DNA of 63,183 nt, counting the filler, from Octopus bimaculoides (lineage: Eukaryota), in assembly GCF_001194135.2 (NCBI RefSeq). It is 6 parts of 6 records of this genome, joined end to end, with 100 filler letters (N's around TTAATTAATTAA, not from the genome) between each part and the next. Parts side by side here need not be neighbours in the genome. Positions count along the whole stretch, not along the records: positions 50,360 to 55,462 come from NC_068985.1; positions 55,563 to 60,085 come from NC_068991.1; positions 60,186 to 61,830 come from NC_068993.1; positions 61,931 to 63,183 come from NW_026400414.1; 2 more parts are not named here. One strand, written 5' to 3'. The notes beneath the pieces were generated by a model. That model was not told where the DNA came from. It made no database searches and saw only the letters and a program-made list of their open reading frames with translations. Positions 52,201-63,183 of this stretch are shown in pieces (the stretch's first letter is position 1; every line of letters begins with the position of its first letter). The position numbers and the translations under genes are program-made.

Positions 52201-54412
52201 CGTCTCTACAGATTACGGTCGCTCGACCGGTGAGGTATGTCGACTAAATCGAATGCAAATAACGTTTTACCAAACAGTGTAATCATCGATCGTCTAAGAA
52301 TAATAGATCATCGATATGTCTAAGAATAATAGATTATACACTCACGAAATAAACAGATTTTATCATAGGACTGACACACTGTTCCAGCTCGTCCTTAATT
52401 AAAAGAAAGAAAAACACGCTGATTAAACATAATAAAAGCAACAGCTAAATCTGCAAACGACATAGTAAGCGTCAGCAGTCTTATGACTGCCATAAATGAG
52501 ATCTAGTTTTTCACGGCAACTGTTTTCTACTTGTAGCATTAGTAATATCCCGAAAGCCATTATTATAGTTTTTCAACGATTGTTAGACACATGCTGAAGA
52601 AGTATTTTATAATAAAAGCCATGAGTGTTTTCCCTTGACAATTGTTTCTACCACGGACTGCAATCAATATTGACTGATTCCGTTAATTAAAGCCTGTCTC
52701 TCCAGTAATGAGACACTAATCGCTCGCAGATTGCCTTCAACTTAACAGATCAAATTGCAATTAATCATAGGCAACTTCAATAACACGTTGCTTCTAATTC
52801 TTTAAGCAATTATTTTCAGGATTCGTCGTTATCTTTTTTTTTTGTTTCGTTTTGATTTTTTCTGCTGATAAATTAAATTACACAACTAATTCAACAGGGA
52901 AACATTTGCTTCCAGTCGCTGTATTATTTTAGCGTCAATTATTTGCAGTTTTGTAGTTTTCTGATTGCTCGCAATTCTGGTAATGTGGACCGAATAATAA
53001 TACAAATAAAATATCTGTTACGTCGAAAGATAATACTTTAAAGAGCAATATTTTGTTGTCTAGTTAGACATTCACCTAGAAATCTTGACTCCAAATTATA
53101 TCTAAAACTACAAATAAAGAAGAGTTTTATTTTCCCAAATGGAAAGTAAATTTATTCACAGCACTAGGAAATATGTTGAAAGACACAATACCAAAGGCTA
53201 ATTATTTCTAGTAAATGCAAATTTATTTTGGCAATGAAATATATTCTTGGAGCAAAAACACATAAATACAGTTATACAGGCACACACATATTCACTCACG
53301 TTCTTCCTCCTTCTGTCTCCATCTGACTCTCTCCCTATCCCCCTTTCTTTCTCAGACACACACATGCGTAAGCAACACGTTTAAACGTTCGCACACACAT
53401 GCATGCATGCATTTTTCAATTGAAAGCAAGGATGACTAAATAGCTATGTTTTCTCTAATTGTTTTAGGTGCCACAGTGGTCTCGTACAAACATAAAGACA
53501 CATAGAAATATGCATACATACAAACACAAACATATACACATATACTCACATACACGGATGGCAAAACACAAGGCACACTCCATATGAGTAATAAGAGTGG
53601 GTTTAATTGTAATAGAGTATAATAAATTATAATTCTGTTTGGTCGGCCAAGCAAACTACCACACTGGTGTATGCAAATCTATGCATATATCACACATAAT
53701 ACACATATATAAATACATACATACATGCAGTTATAGACATATAGTTATGTGAATTTATGCATATGTGTATTTATGTGTGTATGGCGGTGTGTGTGTGTAG
53801 ATATTTGTGTTTGAACAATGGAATGGAAGCAGTTCTATAGTAAATAGCTTACCAATATAAGATTAACGTGTGTGTGTAGGTAGGTGGTAAACAAGAAGAA
53901 TCTTTAGCATGCCGATGTACTCGACTTAGCTCACCTCTAAGCTTGCAACCCTTCTGCCATGTGTGACCCTTCTGCGGATTTTAAAACAAAATTGGATGAG
54001 CTAGCCTGTAATATACAAAGATAGACATATTGTATAATACGTACAGGCATAAATATANNNNNNNNNNNNNNNNNNNNNNNNNNNNNNNNNNNNNNNNNNN
54101 NNNNNNNNNNNNNNNNNNNNNNNNNNNNNNNNNNNNNNNNNNNNNNNNNNNNNNNNNNNNNNNNNNNNNNNNNNNNNNNNNNNNNNNNNNNNNNNNNNNN
54201 NNNNNNNNNNNNNNNNNNNNNNNNNNNNNNNNNNNNNNNNNNNNNNNNNNNNNNNNNNNNNNNNNNNNNNNNNNNNNNNNNNNNNNNNNNNNNNNNNNNN
54301 NNNNNNNNNNNNNNNNNNNNNNNNTATATATACACATACATACAGGCATATATATATATTCATTTATATATGCATGCATACATACATGTATACATCAATA
54401 GACAAATATAAA

Positions 54413-54483
<71 letters not shown>

Positions 54484-55060
54484 GTGTATGTATGTATGTA
54501 TGTATGTATGTAGGTATGTATATATGTATGATGTGCGCATGTGGATCTGAGTGAATAAGTGCGTGTGCATAAAACTAATTTCTACTGAACGGTGTTTCGT
54601 GACACACCAACGAATGTTGGATGCCGAAGGGAAATAAAGTTGAAAGAATACAGGTTAACAAAACCCGATTGTGTAAACAACACAAGTTACCCTAAAAAAC
54701 TTGAATTTTCTACAAATTTATACACATTTGGCTCTTCATTACCGAAATAGGAAGAAACTTCACTATTAAAGTATTTAGACTAATTGCTAATGAGAAAATA
54801 TTTAAGTACTGTTTATACACACACACTCGTCTGAGCAGCAAACTTTCCAACCACCATTTTTCCGAATGTCCTGTAAAAGGCGACTTCATCCCCGTAAATA
54901 CAGTAATGCAAAGTATATCTGCAACTTTGTTCTTTTATTTTGTAGTTTACTGTGCACCTTCTCGCATTGTTTCGGCTGTACGCACTTACATTCTTTAAAT
55001 ATATGTGTGTATGTGTGCATGTGTGTGTGTTTGTTTGTGTGTGTGTGTGTGTTTGTGTGA

Positions 55061-55137
<77 letters not shown>

Positions 55138-55162
55138 TAAAGGGTGCGGTGAATATATTGTC

Positions 55163-55190
55163 GTCTAAATCAGTGCTTTTCAACCAGTGT
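55163..55190 (+). mobile_element. Possible hAT/Charlie-type terminus
   Basis: gtctaaat (8-bp TSD-like) followed by cagtgcttttcaacc; the matching right end was not found before the linker. Confidence 0.25.
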
Positions 55191-55462
55191 TTTGTGCAGA
55201 TTCACAACCAAACACTCTGAAATGTTCGTATTGGAGTGTCTGGCGCCAATGCCAACCAGTGCAACATGTCGTTTCCAGATTTCCTGCAGAGTTAATCGCG
55301 GTATGGCGCGGTTTTTCTCAAAGACAGTGCCCAACTGATCCTACTACAATGTATAGTCGACAAAATCAAAATCAAACACTGCACGTGCTTGAAATAAAAA
55401 AAAAGATATGTACTACTGTGACGATTTAACCGCCGTACCTTGTATATATATGTATACATATA

Positions 55463-55562
55463 NNNNNNNNNNNNNNNNNNNNNNNNNNNNNNNNNNNNNN
55501 NNNNNNTTAATTAATTAANNNNNNNNNNNNNNNNNNNNNNNNNNNNNNNNNNNNNNNNNNNN
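55463..55562. other. Artificial scaffold linker
   Basis: 44 N + TTAATTAATTAA + 44 N. Confidence 0.95.
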
Positions 55563-56274
55563 TGTACAAATCCAAATATATGGTACCCTAGGCATAACAC
55601 CTACATGAACTTCTAACTTGTTGTCTCTTGAGGTCTCTGGGTGAGACTTGGATCCAACTTGTACAAATGCAAAACAAAAGTCAAACATAAAATAATAATA
55701 ATAATAATAATAATAATGAGGCACTGGCTCTCATGGTTCCTGATTTTAACTGATTGGAAGTGTTATCATGTACATTGTTTTGTCATGGTATAAAAAGATG
55801 GTCTACAGCAAATATTCTGCTCAATATCACAGATTTGTTTGTCAGTTGCTTGACATTAAACAGTTGAGCATGTCCCTTGGTGGCTGACAATATGTGCATC
55901 TTTGATCACGAGCAGAAGTAGTGGTGGAGCATCATGGCCATTTGTTGAGAGGGATTTTGGGGGTTTGAATAATTCACCACTGGAAACATGGGTGTTTCGT
56001 TCAACATCCTGAAACAACCCTTATCCAGGGACCTTTTGAGCGGGATGGGCAACTCGACACGAAGAAAATTTTGACTGCGTCCCACCTACAAGGTCATGCG
56101 CTGTCTATCTTGATATCAGATGACCGTATCGGGTACATATGGTTGTGATGCATGTGCCTGGTGTACCATTATCAGACGGGTAGTCATGATGGGTATACTG
56201 GGCTTCGTATATTTCTACTCCAGTTTCACCTTGATGGCATGCGTAGCTTTCTCACTCAATACTAGTACTACTAC

Positions 56275-56355
<81 letters not shown>

Positions 56356-56540
56356 TAATAACAATAATGACAATAATGATTTAAATAATAATGGGGGTGG
56401 TCCTTGAGTGTTAAGTGCCTTCTACGATAAGTTAACCTCCAAGTACCAAAGCTTATAATTTGCGGAAAGAAACACTGTGAAACCTCTGACAATAGGCTTC
56501 TGTCCGTTCTCAGGATATCAACTAGAGTAAATAATAATAC
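55563..56540 (+). mobile_element. Three stacked unique modules, each ending in (AAT)n; probable 5'-truncated retroelement 3' ends
   Basis: Modules 55563-55716, 55718-56390 and 56395-56540 each terminate in an AAT repeat; no ORF. Confidence 0.5.
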
Positions 56541-56922
56541 TGTCAAAGACGACGATTGTGATGACGATGATGATGACGACGATAACCATCATCACCATCG
56601 TCTTCATCATCGTGTTTGTTACGTTTGTTCTCGGTATTTTGTACGTCCTATTCTGTACTCCGTGGCTATAAGTGTTTTCATTGAAATTTCTGGGAAAACA
56701 GTTAAAACTAATAGTAGATTGTTGATCTATCCTTCTTTTATTACACTTATTTCATTATTTCATTTTATTTTATTTTATTTTATTTTATTTTATTTCTTAT
56801 CAAAGGTCATGGGACAGTTTGGACATCTCATTAAACTATATTATCCAAATTCCGTATTGGAATCATGTGAAACATTTTATTCATGTATGCAAAATAGCTC
56901 CCGACTGATCGCGTTCAATTTG

Positions 56923-56970
<48 letters not shown>

Positions 56971-57748
56971 NNNNNNNNNNNNNNNNNNNNNNNNNNNNNN
57001 NNNNNNNNNNNNNNNNNNNNNNNNNNNNNNNNNNNNNNNNNNNNNNNNNNNNNNNNNNNNNNNNNNNNNNNNNNNNNNNNNNNNNNNNNNNNNNNNNNNN
57101 NNNNNNNNNNNNNNNNNNNNNNNNNNNNNNNNNNNNNNNNNNNNNNNNNNNNNNNNNNNNNNNNNNNNNNNNNNNNNNNNNNNNNNNNNNNNNNNNNNNN
57201 NNNNNNNNNNNNNNNNNNNNNNNNNNNNNNNNNNNNNNNNNNNNNNNNNNNNNNNNNNNNNNNNNNNNNNNNNNNNNNNNNNNNNNNNNNNNNNNNNNNN
57301 NNNNNNNNNNNNNNNNNNNNNNNNNNNNNNNNNNNNNNNNNNNNNNNNNNNNNNNNNNNNNNNNNNNNNNNNNNNNNNNNNNNNNNNNNNNNNNNNNNNN
57401 NNNNNNNNNNNNNNNNNNNNNNNNNNNNNNNNNNNNNNNNNNNNNNACACACACACACACACACACACACATGAGGAAAGAAAACTCCGAATGACCTATC
57501 CTTGTTTTCTTTGTATCGTCTATCTGGATGTTTTGTCCCTTTTTTGTATCACCTAACTGTCTGGATGTTTTGCGTTCGTGTCCCATTCTGTATTGTTTAT
57601 ATATACGTATTTATGTATATGTATGTGTGTGTGTCCATGTGCATATGTGTATGTATAGATATATAGATATATGCATATAGATGTGTGCATATGTGCGTAC
57701 ATGCATACATATATGCCCATATATACATATATACATGCACATATATAT

Positions 57749-57941
57749 GATAGATCGCTGACCACAACATTCAATTTTTTACTCCGTGTTTTTCTCCTTG
57801 TTTTCTCCTTATTCTTTCTGTTGAAGAGCGTAGCTCGAAACGTTAAAGACTTTCTCTATTCCCGTGCGTTAAACTAATACATCCTTTTGTTGTTTACACC
57901 ACCTGTCCTCGTCTGTAGTTGTTTTTTTCGTAAATTCTCCC
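57749..57941 (+). mobile_element. Penelope-like terminal repeat copy 2
   Basis: Homologous to 30656-30846; hammerhead-like motif at 57813-57849; ends attctccc+(TA)n. Confidence 0.65.
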
Positions 57942-58492
57942 ATATATATATTGCTACATATACATACATACATATATATNNNNNNNNNNNNNNNNNNNNN
58001 NNNNNNNNNNNNNNNNNNNNNNNNNNNNNNNNNNNNNNNNNNNNNNNNNNNNNNNNNNNNNNNNNNNNNNNNNNNNNNNNNNNNNNNNNNNNNNNNNNNN
58101 NNNNNNNNNNNNNNNNNNNNNNNNNNNNNNNNNNNNNNNNNNNNNNNNNNNNNNNNNNNNNNNNNNNNNNNNNNNNNNNNNNNNNNNNNNNNNNNNNNNN
58201 NNNNNNNNNNNNNNNNNNNNNNNNNNNNNNNNNNNNNNNNNNNNNNNNNNNNNNNNNNNNNNNNNNNNNNNNNNNNNNNNNNNNNNNNNNNNNNNNNNNN
58301 NNNNNNNNNNNNNNNNNNNNNNNNNNNNNNNNNNNNNNNNNNNNNNNNNNNNNNNNNNNNNNNNNNNNNNNNNNNNNNNNNNNNNNNNNNNNNNNNNNNN
58401 NNNNNNNNNNNNNNNNNNNNNNNNNNNNNNNNNNNNNNNNNNNNNNNNNNNNNNNNNNNNNNNNNNNNNNNNNNNNNNNNNNNNNNNNNNNN

Positions 58493-58547
<55 letters not shown>

Positions 58548-58576
58548 CATAAACATACACCCATGTTATATATATA

Positions 58577-58877
58577 ATTGACGAGGGAAACGGAAAATGG
58601 ATTTGGTACGAATAGTCATTCCACTCGAGGATTGTTTCGACCCATCCTGCAGCTGTCCTTTACGGGTAGTATTGTGCATCTAGTTTTGTTGCATCAATCA
58701 ATGTAGTCTGTACCTCCTCAGGTGTTTCGAATGTGGGTACACAAACTGCGCTGTTTTATGCAACACAACTCGACACACAATATCCTACCTCTAAAGGACA
58801 ACTGCATGATGGGTGGAAATGATTGCAGCGTTGAATAAAGCTTCGTACCAAATCCATTTTCCGTTTTCCTCATCAAT
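58577..58877. mobile_element. Foldback/MITE-like element with ~140-bp inverted arms and a 21-nt loop
   Basis: Left attgacgagggaaacggaaaatggatttggtacgaa...acccatcctgcagctgtcctt...tgtacc pairs with the reverse complement of 58736-58877. Confidence 0.85.
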
Positions 58878-59084
58878 CATAAACCAAACTCACGCTGCAG
58901 AATTTCTGAGGTATACCCAGTGAAAATTATACCGTTACCATCAGGTAGCCCAAACGTTGAATGTGCTTTAATCGGCTTTAATAGACACATACCCAAAGTC
59001 CAAATAATGACTTATGTATGTATGTATGTATGTATGTATGTATGTATGTATGTATGTATGTATCTATCTATCTATCTATCTATA

Positions 59085-59260
59085 GGGAGAATAAAAAAAA
59101 CAAAAGACGAAGACAGGTGGTGTAGATAACAAACAGATGTATTAGTATAACGCTCGGGAATTAAAAATGTCTTTAACGTTTCGAGCCTACGCTCTTCCAC
59201 AGAAAGGAACACAGAAAGAAACAATCAGAGAAAAAAATGTGTAGTGGTTAGCGATCTATC
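59085..59260 (-). mobile_element. Penelope-like terminal repeat copy 3
   Basis: Minus strand cttt-CTGTGGA-A-GAGC-gtag-GCTC-GAAAC-GTT-aaaga at 59170-59207; same ends as copies 1 and 2. Confidence 0.65.
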
Positions 59261-59270
59261 ATGGCGAATG

Positions 59271-59316
<46 letters not shown>

Positions 59317-60085
59317 CAACGTATCGAATGGACACTGACTATAGAATACATAAACACTATGAGCCGGATTGCATTCATTCTTAATCACCAATAATATACT
59401 ACTAAACACTACACTTAAAAGTATCTCTTACCAGTAACAACCCGCATGACCCTAAGCCTCTGAACCTACTGTAAATTATAAGTGTAACTTACTATTATTA
59501 ATTTGCTGACAAACTTAGAAGTTGTCAACTTCATGACTTCAACTGTTTCATTCGTCATACACAACCTCACATTTTTCGTGACTCACCATAAATTTACAAA
59601 GCGAATCAGCGATAAATTAAATTACACAACATAATATACTGCATTAATAAAAACAACAATAGTCAAAAATACAGAAGTCTTAACATAGACAACAGCGTAA
59701 AACTGGATTGAATGCGCTATGGATACCATATAAATAGCGCAATATAATGCCAAAAATTAAAACACCGGTGACGTATAAAAAATTGTTACTAACATAGGCA
59801 CAAGGCCTGAAATTTTGGGTAGTGATATTTCGCTGAATTAAATCTACTCCTGTACTTGACTGAGGAAAAATAGCAAAGTTGACCTCGACAGGATTAGAGC
59901 TCAGAACATTTCCGAATATTGACCCAGCTTCCTATAACAATAACAATAACATACTTCATTAAGAAAATTAAGATCCGGGTAAGCTATGCATATACATACA
60001 TACGTACATACATACGTACATACATACATATATATTAAATATATACATATATGTATGTATGCATGTATATATATGTATATATATA

Positions 60086-60185
60086 NNNNNNNNNNNNNNN
60101 NNNNNNNNNNNNNNNNNNNNNNNNNNNNNTTAATTAATTAANNNNNNNNNNNNNNNNNNNNNNNNNNNNNNNNNNNNNNNNNNNN
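60086..60185. other. Artificial scaffold linker
   Basis: 44 N + TTAATTAATTAA + 44 N. Confidence 0.95.
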
Positions 60186-60220
<35 letters not shown>

Positions 60221-60274
60221 GGTACGTTTGTGTGTGTATATGTATGCGTATGTATATGTATCACGGACGTGCCG

Positions 60275-60308
60275 CTTAGGTAGGCAATATAGGCAGTGCC
60301 TACCTAAG
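60275..60308. repeat. Perfect 12-bp hairpin, possibly a DNA-transposon subterminal structure
   Basis: cttaggtaggca-atataggcag-tgcctacctaag. Confidence 0.8.
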
Positions 60309-60685
60309 TAAATCTCCAACTAAGTCGCCCACCTGTATTTCGCATATTTTTTGTGTTTCACAACATAAAGGTCAGCAATTGCCCACTCTGAGTAATCACT
60401 GACAGCACGTGCCTTATATCTGTACATGGGTATATATGTGTATTTACATATGTATATATATGTATGTCTAGTTATATGTATGCATATGTGTCAACGTATG
60501 TATGTATATATATGTATGTATATGTGCGTGTGTATATATGTTTGTGTGTGTGTACTCTTTGTTTATATGTAGGGAAGTAAATATGTAAGGTAACATAATC
60601 TCCCCTCTCAAACTAATATAAAGAATACACTTCTATCAACGAAAGTACAAAACTAACCTTATACATATGTGTGTGTGTGTGTGTG

Positions 60686-60727
<42 letters not shown>

Positions 60728-60744
60728 TGTGTGTGTGGGTATAG

Positions 60745-61330
60745 CTGAAGGATTAACATTAATCAAAGGCCATACTAAATATGTCAACCTGCTGCAGAAA
60801 AAAAAAAACACTGATAATAACTACAGAAATCAACTATCTGCATACAAACGGGTCAAGACAATATTTTAACATACATCAAGTATTTGGACTCAGGCGGACC
60901 TGTTTTCTGGACTGGCATTATAACTTCACCTTCATCAGCACGTATTACCATGATGGAAATCCCCAACCCGTCACGTAGAAGTCTGTGCTGTAACTGATTT
61001 GTTTACGCCAAATAATAGCAGTCAACAACGTAAAAATAATTTCCATCCGGAGCAAATAGTTCAGCAGAAAAATATTTGCGAAAATATTATTGACTCTGGT
61101 ATTATATAGTGTAACAATTAAAAATGATAATAACAGAATCAATAATATACGCGGTTGCAGGTGCAAAAATGCATTAAATATCTGAAGGATTAAAATTAAT
61201 CAAAGGACATACTAAGTATGTCTCCCTACTGGAAATAGCAGCCGAAACTCTTATTTAAATCGCCGAAAATAAGTAAGTAAATCAACTGTCCACGTGCAAA
61301 CGGGTCAAGACAAACTTTCAGCATACATTC
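60745..61330 (-). mobile_element. Two copies of family D repeat (60745-60875, 61180-61330)
   Basis: Shared ctgaag(g)gattaa(c/a)attaatcaaagg(c/a)catactaa(a/g)tatgtc...aaatcaact...caaacgggtcaagacaa. Confidence 0.8.
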
Positions 61331-61633
61331 TGTAGTTATTATCAGTGTATTTTGGTGATTTAAATAAAAGTTTTAAGTGTTATTTCCAGCAGGTAGAGAT
61401 ACTTAATATGTCCGTTGATTAATGCGTTTACTCCATTCTTTAAATATATATATATATATATATAATTATGTGTATCTTCTGATAGAATAAATGGGTTAAT
61501 AGAAACCAATGTAGCAAAGAACACAAAATAAATGTGGTTTAGTTCCTGTTTTTAAGGCAGGAACTCCTTGAAATTTTGGGTATTTGAGTATATTTAAGAA
61601 TTTAAGGATTGGTGAACACACATGTTATAATTG

Positions 61634-61732
61634 CATACTTTATTCCTACATATGTTTCAAAGGATTACAACCTGTGTGATCCATAGGGATCTTTGATATT
61701 AAAATTGTAACCTTCTCATCAGGGAAAGCATG
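61634..61732 (-). ncRNA. Type I hammerhead ribozyme (Penelope-like element type)
   Basis: Minus strand: stem I catgctttcc (61732-61723), core CUGAUGA (61722-61716), 11-bp stem II gaaggttacaa/ttgtaa(t)ccttt, GAAAC (61658-61654), loop AUAU, GUA cleavage triplet, then gga(ata)aagtatg completing stem I with a 3-nt bulge. Confidence 0.85.
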
Positions 61733-61830
61733 GGAATCATCTTAAACGTAAGACGTCATGACCGATTACGAAAACAATAGATGGATAAGTGTATGTATTT
61801 ATGTATGTATGCGTGTATGTTTGTTTATGT

Positions 61831-61930
61831 NNNNNNNNNNNNNNNNNNNNNNNNNNNNNNNNNNNNNNNNNNNNTTAATTAATTAANNNNNNNNNNNNNN
61901 NNNNNNNNNNNNNNNNNNNNNNNNNNNNNN
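61831..61930. other. Artificial scaffold linker
   Basis: 44 N + TTAATTAATTAA + 44 N. Confidence 0.95.
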
Positions 61931-62620
61931 AAAATTCTAAACTGTCTCTGATTTTATTGTCTCTTATCTAGTAGTAATAGCATGAGGGACAATCACTTCT
62001 AAGGAAAGGGAAGGCGTAAGCATTATGCATGGACAAGGCTATAAAAGATATGGTTATAAAGGATTCTCTGGTCAGAGTGGCAAACAATCTTATAGGTTGG
62101 GGTATTTTACTACTATCAAAATGTTGAGGAATTAAACCCTAGGTATATAGGTCAAACAGGGCTTTTCCTTTAGTCTAAAATAGAGCATCAGTATTGTTTT
62201 ACAGATATCAATATTAGTTAAACCAATATTTTAACAGTAAGAGGTATGCTAATAAAATAAAAAGCATGAAGTAATGTCAGTATTGAATTCAGAGGCTATA
62301 GATAAGGTGTAAAGTCTAAGGATATTAAGTATATTGGGTTCATGAAAATAATTTTAAATTATTTTAAGAAATTATTTAAAAATTTTAGCTGATATATATA
62401 ATAATACTATTTAGAAGGCACTTAGAATTTAAGCTTTATTTTTATAATGTGAAGAAAAATTAGTATAGGATTTATATTAGTTTATGGGTTTACTAAGGTT
62501 TAAGGGACAGAAAAAGAAAAAGGATATTAGGAATTAACAAGGACATCCAATACAGGAACCTGATGATTGATTAAAATTTTCATTAGTCATGGATTTGTTT
62601 CAAGATTAACATGGGCTAAT
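61931..62620 (+). pseudogene. Probable ancient non-LTR RT remnant
   Basis: Motifs in the expected order but in different frames: VKQG 62151, YA(NK) 62245, KYIG 62327, ILVYGFTKV*G 62474, RILGI 62521; spacing shorter than canonical. Confidence 0.4.
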
Positions 62621-63183
62621 TAAAAAATATTAATTGAATAAGGATTAGATTAATTTTTAGCATAAGGATTAGATTTATTTAAGTAAAAAATACAAAATAA
62701 ACAAGACACTATTGCTGTAAGCCCTGGAATAATGTAATAACAACAATAATAATCATTCTTTTAAAGTCAAGTATTAAATAACGTAAAAAACTTATGAAAA
62801 TGTTCTATTCTTATAAGCTATATAGGGTTAAGATACATATTGTGAAACTAACAGCAATAGCAGAAGTGGTGTGAAAGAATATCTTCTATGGAGTAGATTT
62901 TAAATCTTATTTATCACAAGTACATTAAGTTATAAAGGTTCAATTTCCAATTTAAAATATGTGCTAATTAATAGCCCCAGATGACCATGGTGGAAGTTAA
63001 ATTACTATAATTTGATAATTTTAACTACTTTATAAAAACTACTTTTTAAAAAATTTAAAAGTGCGAGTACACACGATACCCTGAGGTCTAATCTATTATT
63101 GATTGGATTAGAATTATTTCTAAGTTTAAAAAATTCATATATTTCCATAGAACATAATTCACATCCATATCTATTATTTCTAT

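Noticed and set aside
61931-63183. Mitochondrial insertion (NUMT)
   Set aside because: Only short chance-level resemblances (GAIN, ISHGF, IxxPxxVK) on inconsistent strands, with no colinear mitochondrial gene; not called, though not formally excluded.

Overview
Eukaryotic, AT-rich, gap-ridden, essentially non-coding animal DNA. The very high microsatellite density and the SINE/LINE families suggest an octopus-like cephalopod genome (inference). The window is six pieces joined by artificial 100-bp spacers (44 N + TTAATTAATTAA + 44 N), so adjacency across those spacers is not evidence of linkage. I recognise no intact host gene, rRNA, tRNA or CRISPR array; nearly all ORF-track entries are microsatellite or N artefacts. 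Supportable content is mobile DNA: decayed CR1-, RTE- and R4/Dong-type LINE fragments, an internally deleted Tc1 transposase with its right TIR, mariner-derived MITEs, at least three tRNA-type SINE families (often in head-to-tail clusters), Penelope-like termini and several foldback hairpins. The most notable signals are (i) a structurally complete type I hammerhead ribozyme at 61634-61732 (-), (ii) a three-copy ~200-bp family carrying a minimal hammerhead fold with a shared non-canonical core (CUGU instead of CUGA), (iii) long inverted repeats able to form dsRNA, and (iv) a 29-bp minisatellite that appears to have arisen inside a SINE.
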